Positions 59,908 through 64,000 of a DNA stretch of 64,000 nt are shown one piece after another. The stretch lies in NCBI GenBank assembly GCA_965223855.1, contig CBDCXM010000008.1, positions 64,001 through 128,000 of the forward strand, in the 5' to 3' direction. A program made the position numbers and the translations under genes. The stretch is from Candidatus Multivoradales bacterium (GTDB taxonomy: Bacteria > Acidobacteriota > Thermoanaerobaculia > Multivoradales > JAHEKO01). The notes under the pieces were generated by a model. It saw only the letters and a list, made by a program, of their open reading frames with translations, had not been told where the DNA came from and did no database searches. The first letter of the stretch is position 1; each line of letters opens with the position of its first letter.

Positions 59908-60933
59908 TCAGGGCTTCGGAGGCGGGAGGGCCGTCAGCAGCTCACGGGTCACGGCGTCTGCATCGACCCCTTCCGCCTGCCCCTGGAAGTTGATCAGGAC
60001 GCGGTGGCGAAGCACTGGTGCGACCAGAGCTTCGAGGTCGCCCGGCTGAACGGCGAACCTGCCCTCGAGCAGCGCCTTCGCCTTCGCGGTCAGGAGCAGA
60101 GACTGCCCGGCTCGCGGCCCCGCCCCCCAGCCGACACAGCGCTCGACGACCGGTATCGCCCCGTCCTCGGCACCCGGCCGCGTCGATCGAACGAGCCGGG
60201 ACACCCATTCGACGAGAGCCGTCGAGACGTGCACCTGCCGCACCAGCCCCTGCATCTCGACCACCTCCTCGGCCGACATCACCCGCTCGACCTCGACCTC
60301 CCGGTCGCCGGTCGTACGACCGAGGATCTGGATCTCTTCCTCGAGCGTCGGGTAGTCGACCTTCACCCGCAGGAGGAACCGGTCGAGCTGCGCCTCGGGC
60401 AGCGGATAGGTCCCCGTCTGTTCGATCGGGTTCTGGGTCGCGAGCACGAAGAAGGGGCGGTCGAGCAGATAGGTCTCGCCACCGTAGGTGACCTCCCGCT
60501 CCTGCATCGCCTCGAGGAGCGCCGCCTGGGTCTTGGGTGGGCTGCGGTTGATCTCGTCCGCGAGCACGAGATTGGCGAAGATCGGGCCGCGAGCGAACCG
60601 CAGCGAACGACGGCCTGTCCCCTGTTCCTCCTCCAGCAGCTCGGTGCCGACGATGTCGCTGGGCATCAGATCGGGAGTGAACTGAATGCGCTTGAACGAG
60701 AGCTCCAGCGCCTGCCCTACCGTGCGGATCATCAGCGTCTTGGCGAGGCCCGGCACCCCTTCCAGCAGGCAATGCCCGCCGGCGAACAGCGAGATGAGCA
60801 ACTCCTCCACAACCTCGTGCTGACCGACGACGACCCGGCCGATCTCCGAGCGCAGGGTCGCCGCCCGGTCGAGCAGTCGCTCGATGTCGCGTTCGTTCAG
60901 TTCTCCGATGCCCGTGCGCCCTTCGGTCGTCAT
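59908..60933 (-). CDS. moxR: MoxR family AAA+ ATPase
   Basis: [25 protein letters not shown] and [22 protein letters not shown]. Confidence 0.95.
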   Translation of the reverse strand: MTTEGRTGIGELNERDIERLLDRAATLRSEIGRVVVGQHEVVEELLISLFAGGHCLLEGVPGLAKTLMIRTVGQALELSFKRIQFTPDLMPSDIVGTELLEEEQGTGRRSLRFARGPIFANLVLADEINRSPPKTQAALLEAMQEREVTYGGETYLLDRPFFVLATQNPIEQTGTYPLPEAQLDRFLLRVKVDYPTLEEEIQILGRTTGDREVEVERVMSAEEVVEMQGLVRQVHVSTALVEWVSRLVRSTRPGAEDGAIPVVERCVGWGAGPRAGQSLLLTAKAKALLEGRFAVQPGDLEALVAPVLRHRVLINFQGQAEGVDADAVTRELLTALPPPKP

Positions 60934-60949
60934 CGCCCGATCCTTCCGC

Positions 60950-61561
60950 CTACGCCGTCATGGCGTAGACCACGATATTGACCCCGAAGCGGGTGTTGTC
61001 GCGAGCGAGCCAGCGTTTGTTCCGGTAGTCGTAGTCCCACTCGCAGCCGTAGTCCTTGTTGCTGTAGAGGACGCCGATCCGTCCGTCGACCTCGATCGCC
61101 TTCAGGTAGTCGTGAACCAGGTCGTCGCCCCAGCCGTTGAGCTCGAAGGAGGTCGTCGGCGGCTCGTCGAAGTCGAAGAACGAGCTGTAGAGCTCGTGGT
61201 CGTTGGGAATCTTGCCGAGCGCTCCGGGACCGAAAATCTCCTCCATCTCGGCCTCGAACGAGCGGGCGAAAAGCCCGTCGATGTCGTGATTGCAGTCGTC
61301 GACGAACAGGAAGCCGCCGTTCGTGACGTAACGCTCGAGGTTGCGCCTGCCCCGGGCGTCGAACTCGACCAGCTTGTGACCCGCCAGGTACGTGAACGGC
61401 GCCTCGAGCATCGCCTCGTCGCGCACCGAGAGGATGCGCTCCTCGGTCTCGACCGGAATCGTCGTGTACTCGATGATCGAGTTCAGCAGATTCGACGGCA
61501 TCCGCTGATCGACGTCCCAGTCGCCCGAGTCGTACTGCAGGCGGGTGAAGACGAAGCTCAT
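60950..61561 (-). CDS. DUF4159 domain protein
   Basis: [18 protein letters not shown] and KDYGCEW. Confidence 0.85.
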   Translation of the reverse strand: MSFVFTRLQYDSGDWDVDQRMPSNLLNSIIEYTTIPVETEERILSVRDEAMLEAPFTYLAGHKLVEFDARGRRNLERYVTNGGFLFVDDCNHDIDGLFARSFEAEMEEIFGPGALGKIPNDHELYSSFFDFDEPPTTSFELNGWGDDLVHDYLKAIEVDGRIGVLYSNKDYGCEWDYDYRNKRWLARDNTRFGVNIVVYAMTA

Positions 61562-61577
61562 GGCAGGGGGTTCGAAG

Positions 61578-61601
61578 CGGCCCGCCCGCTCGGGCGGGCC
61601 G
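61578..61601. other. GC-rich intergenic hairpin (no U tail; possible mRNA stabiliser)
   Basis: CGGCCCGCCC-GCTC-GGGCGGGCCG. Confidence 0.55.
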
Positions 61602-61613
61602 TCCCCGGAACAG

Positions 61614-62930
61614 CTACACCGCGTCGGACGAACTCGAGAACGTGAAGTCCCGGATCACCATCGGCGGGATGAGGTTGCCGTTGATGCGCGTCGGCTTGCC
61701 GAGCGCCTCGATGTTGTTGAGCATGATCACCGGGCTCTCGTTGAAGCGCATGTTCTTGATCGGATAGGCGATCTTTCCGTCCTCGATGAAGAACGTCCCG
61801 TCACGCGTCAGACCGGTGTAGAGCAAGGTCTGAGGATCGACCGTCCGGATGTACCAGGTGCGAGTCAGCAGGATGCCGCGATCGGTCGCCGCGATCAGGT
61901 CCTCCAGACTCTGGTCGCCCCCTTCCATCACGCCGTTGGCGGGAAACGGAATCGACGCGGTCTCCTTCTCCTTCGCCCAGAAGCGGGAGCAGTACATGTT
62001 CTTGACCACGCCCTTGTCGATCCAGACCGTCTTCTCGCGCCGACGGCCGTCCTGGGCCCACGGCGCGACCGGGATGTCCGCCACCGTCGGGTCGGAGTAG
62101 ATCGTCACCCGCTCGTCGACGATCTTCTCGCCGACCTTGTTGCCGCCGCCTTTCTTGGAAAGGAAGCTGCGACCCTCGTCCGCCTGGCGGCGATCGAAGT
62201 TGAACATCATGTTCTGCAGCAGGCCGACCGACGCCGCCGGTTCGAGCACGACGGTGTACTTGCCGGGCTCGATGGCGCGCGCCTCGACCGACTTCATCGC
62301 CTTCTCCATCGCCACCGCCGAGGAGGCCGCGGCGTCGAACTGATCGACGTCGTTGTAGTCGCGCGTGACGTAGCCGGAACCGGTGCCGTCCTCCGTGCGC
62401 ACGGTGACCGAGAAGTCGAGCCCGGTCGACGGGTAGTAGGCGAAGAGGCCGTTCGAGTTCGCCATCGAGGAGAAACCGCGGGTGTCTTCCATGTAGCCGG
62501 CGGCGACGAGCTTCTTCTCGCGGCACGGGCCGATCGAGGAAGCGGCCACCTCCGCTCGGAAGGCCGGGTCGATACCGGCGGTCGAGTCGAAGAACCCCTT
62601 GCTCTCGAGGTACTCCTGCGGCCCGAGAACCTCCACGAACTCGGGATTCTCCGGAGCCAGCTTCGCCAGCTCCTCCGAACGCCGCACGACCTTCTCGAGC
62701 GACTGATCGTCGAACTCGTTGATCGTCGCCGTCGCCATCTTCTTGCCGTAGTTCGACTGCACGACCAGGGTGAGATCGGTCACCGAGCCGGCGGTCGAGA
62801 CGGTGTTGCGGGCATAGCGGATGTTGCCGGTGGTCGAACCGTCGAGGTTCGCCTCACAGCCGTCCGCCTTCGAGAACCCGAGCACCTTGTCGAGGATCGC
62901 CTTGGCTTCGGTCTTGGAAAGTATCGTCAT
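61614..62930 (-). CDS. TldD/PmbA family protein (PmbA/TldE-like partner)
   Basis: PGKYTVVLEP, TGLTRDG and RFNES; lacks HExxxH. Confidence 0.88.
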   Translation of the reverse strand: MTILSKTEAKAILDKVLGFSKADGCEANLDGSTTGNIRYARNTVSTAGSVTDLTLVVQSNYGKKMATATINEFDDQSLEKVVRRSEELAKLAPENPEFVEVLGPQEYLESKGFFDSTAGIDPAFRAEVAASSIGPCREKKLVAAGYMEDTRGFSSMANSNGLFAYYPSTGLDFSVTVRTEDGTGSGYVTRDYNDVDQFDAAASSAVAMEKAMKSVEARAIEPGKYTVVLEPAASVGLLQNMMFNFDRRQADEGRSFLSKKGGGNKVGEKIVDERVTIYSDPTVADIPVAPWAQDGRRREKTVWIDKGVVKNMYCSRFWAKEKETASIPFPANGVMEGGDQSLEDLIAATDRGILLTRTWYIRTVDPQTLLYTGLTRDGTFFIEDGKIAYPIKNMRFNESPVIMLNNIEALGKPTRINGNLIPPMVIRDFTFSSSSDAV

Positions 62931-62948
62931 GGTCTTGCGCCCCTCGCT

Positions 62949-64000
62949 CTAGAGCTTGCGCTCGGTGTTGATGACGTTGATGCCGTCGAAGCGGGCGGTC
63001 GAGCTGCCGTGCGAGACCGCACTGATCTGCCCCGGCTGCCCCTTGCCGTCGAAGAACGAGCCGCCGAGCCGGTAGTCGCGCTGATCGCACACCGCGACGC
63101 ACGAGTTCCAGAACTCCTGAGAGTTGGCCTGGTAGGCGACGTCGCGCAGCTGCCCCTTGATCTCCCCGTTCTCGATCTCGTAGAAGAGCTGGCCGCCGAA
63201 CTGGAAGTTGTAACGCTGCTGGTCGATCGAGAAGGAACCGTCGCCGATGATGTAGATCCCCTTCTCCACCCCGGCGATCATCTCGTCCACCGTCATCGGG
63301 TCGCTACCAGGCCGCAGCGAGACGTTCGGCATCCGCTGGAACTGCACCGAGCTCCACGAATCGGCGTAGCAGCAGCCGTGGGACTCGTTCTCGCCCAGGA
63401 TGTGCACCTGGTCCCGGATCGCCTGGTAGTTGACCAGAGTGCCCGCCTTGACGAGATCCCACTCCTTGCACTTCACCCCTTCGTCATCGAAGCCGACGGC
63501 GCCGAGCGAACCGGGCTGCGTCTTGTCGGCGAAGAGATTGACCTTCTCCGAGCCGTACGGGAAGTCCTTCGACTCCCACTTGTCGAGCGTCGCGAAGCTC
63601 GTACCCGCGTAGTTGGCCTCATAGCCGAGCACGCGGTCGAGTTCGAGCGGATGACCGACCGACTCGTGGATCGTCAGCCACAGGTGGCTCGGATCGAGTA
63701 CCAGGTCGTACTTGCCGGGCTCCACCGACTTGGCGCCGAGAGTCGCCTTCGCCTGCTCAGCCGCGGCGATCGCGTCTTCCTTCATGTCGTAGTGCATGCC
63801 GTAGCGGGTCGTGACGCCGCCGACCTTCGCCTTGGCGTCGCCGTTCATGTACTCCCAGCCCATCCCCATCGGCGACGACAGCGCATCGCGGGTCTTGAAC
63901 TTGCCGCTCTCGGGATCGACGACGGTCACCGTGAAGGTCGGCCAGATGCGATGGACGTCCTGATCGATGTAGGAGCCGTCGGTCGAAGCGAAGTACTTCT
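62949..64000 (-). CDS. tldD: TldD metalloprotease (5' end outside the window)
   Basis: HESVGH, DDEG, RMPN and GKGQP.Q...VSHG. Confidence 0.9.
   Translation of the reverse strand, partial: KYFASTDGSYIDQDVHRIWPTFTVTVVDPESGKFKTRDALSSPMGMGWEYMNGDAKAKVGGVTTRYGMHYDMKEDAIAAAEQAKATLGAKSVEPGKYDLVLDPSHLWLTIHESVGHPLELDRVLGYEANYAGTSFATLDKWESKDFPYGSEKVNLFADKTQPGSLGAVGFDDEGVKCKEWDLVKAGTLVNYQAIRDQVHILGENESHGCCYADSWSSVQFQRMPNVSLRPGSDPMTVDEMIAGVEKGIYIIGDGSFSIDQQRYNFQFGGQLFYEIENGEIKGQLRDVAYQANSQEFWNSCVAVCDQRDYRLGGSFFDGKGQPGQISAVSHGSSTARFDGINVINTERKL

Noticed and set aside
1121-60981. Many long shadow ORFs (e.g. 1121-2710, 18642-20306, 20825-23209, 30775-32766, 44399-46369, 59857-60981)
   Set aside because: They are antisense or alternative-frame artefacts of high GC, overlapping well-supported genes.

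Overview
High-GC bacterial chromosomal segment, probably Acidobacteriota (Thermoanaerobaculia-like; inferred from gene content such as ECF/anti-sigma/CHAT-TPR modules and a C-terminal 'IFEDGFESGDTSAWS' tail). It is mostly housekeeping and metabolic genes on the minus strand: xerD, leuA/leuB-like, add, coaD, tsaC, recN, crp, proline dehydrogenase, a lipoate/2-oxoacid dehydrogenase operon (lpdA-E2-lipB...lipA) interrupted by nadQ-nadABC with two NadQ boxes, and fbaB. Accessory elements of note: (1) a divergent ECF sigma/anti-sigma + CHAT-TPR protease locus that converges on an unannotated 20-aa acidic peptide gene with a strong Shine-Dalgarno site; (2) a 177-bp rod-like palindromic element flanked by duplicated CTAG, which supplies the stop codons of two convergent genes and has strand-biased G-U pairing; (3) an orphan BoxB/PaaA-like di-iron protein with a GNAT; (4) a 4Fe-4S/TPR membrane protein next to a Cys-rich secreted protein; (5) a tldD-pmbA-DUF4159-moxR-DUF58-BatA operon. 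Two genes carry single-base frameshifts (probably assembly errors). Several genes look leaderless or CTG-initiated. No rRNA, tRNA, CRISPR array or transposase was seen.
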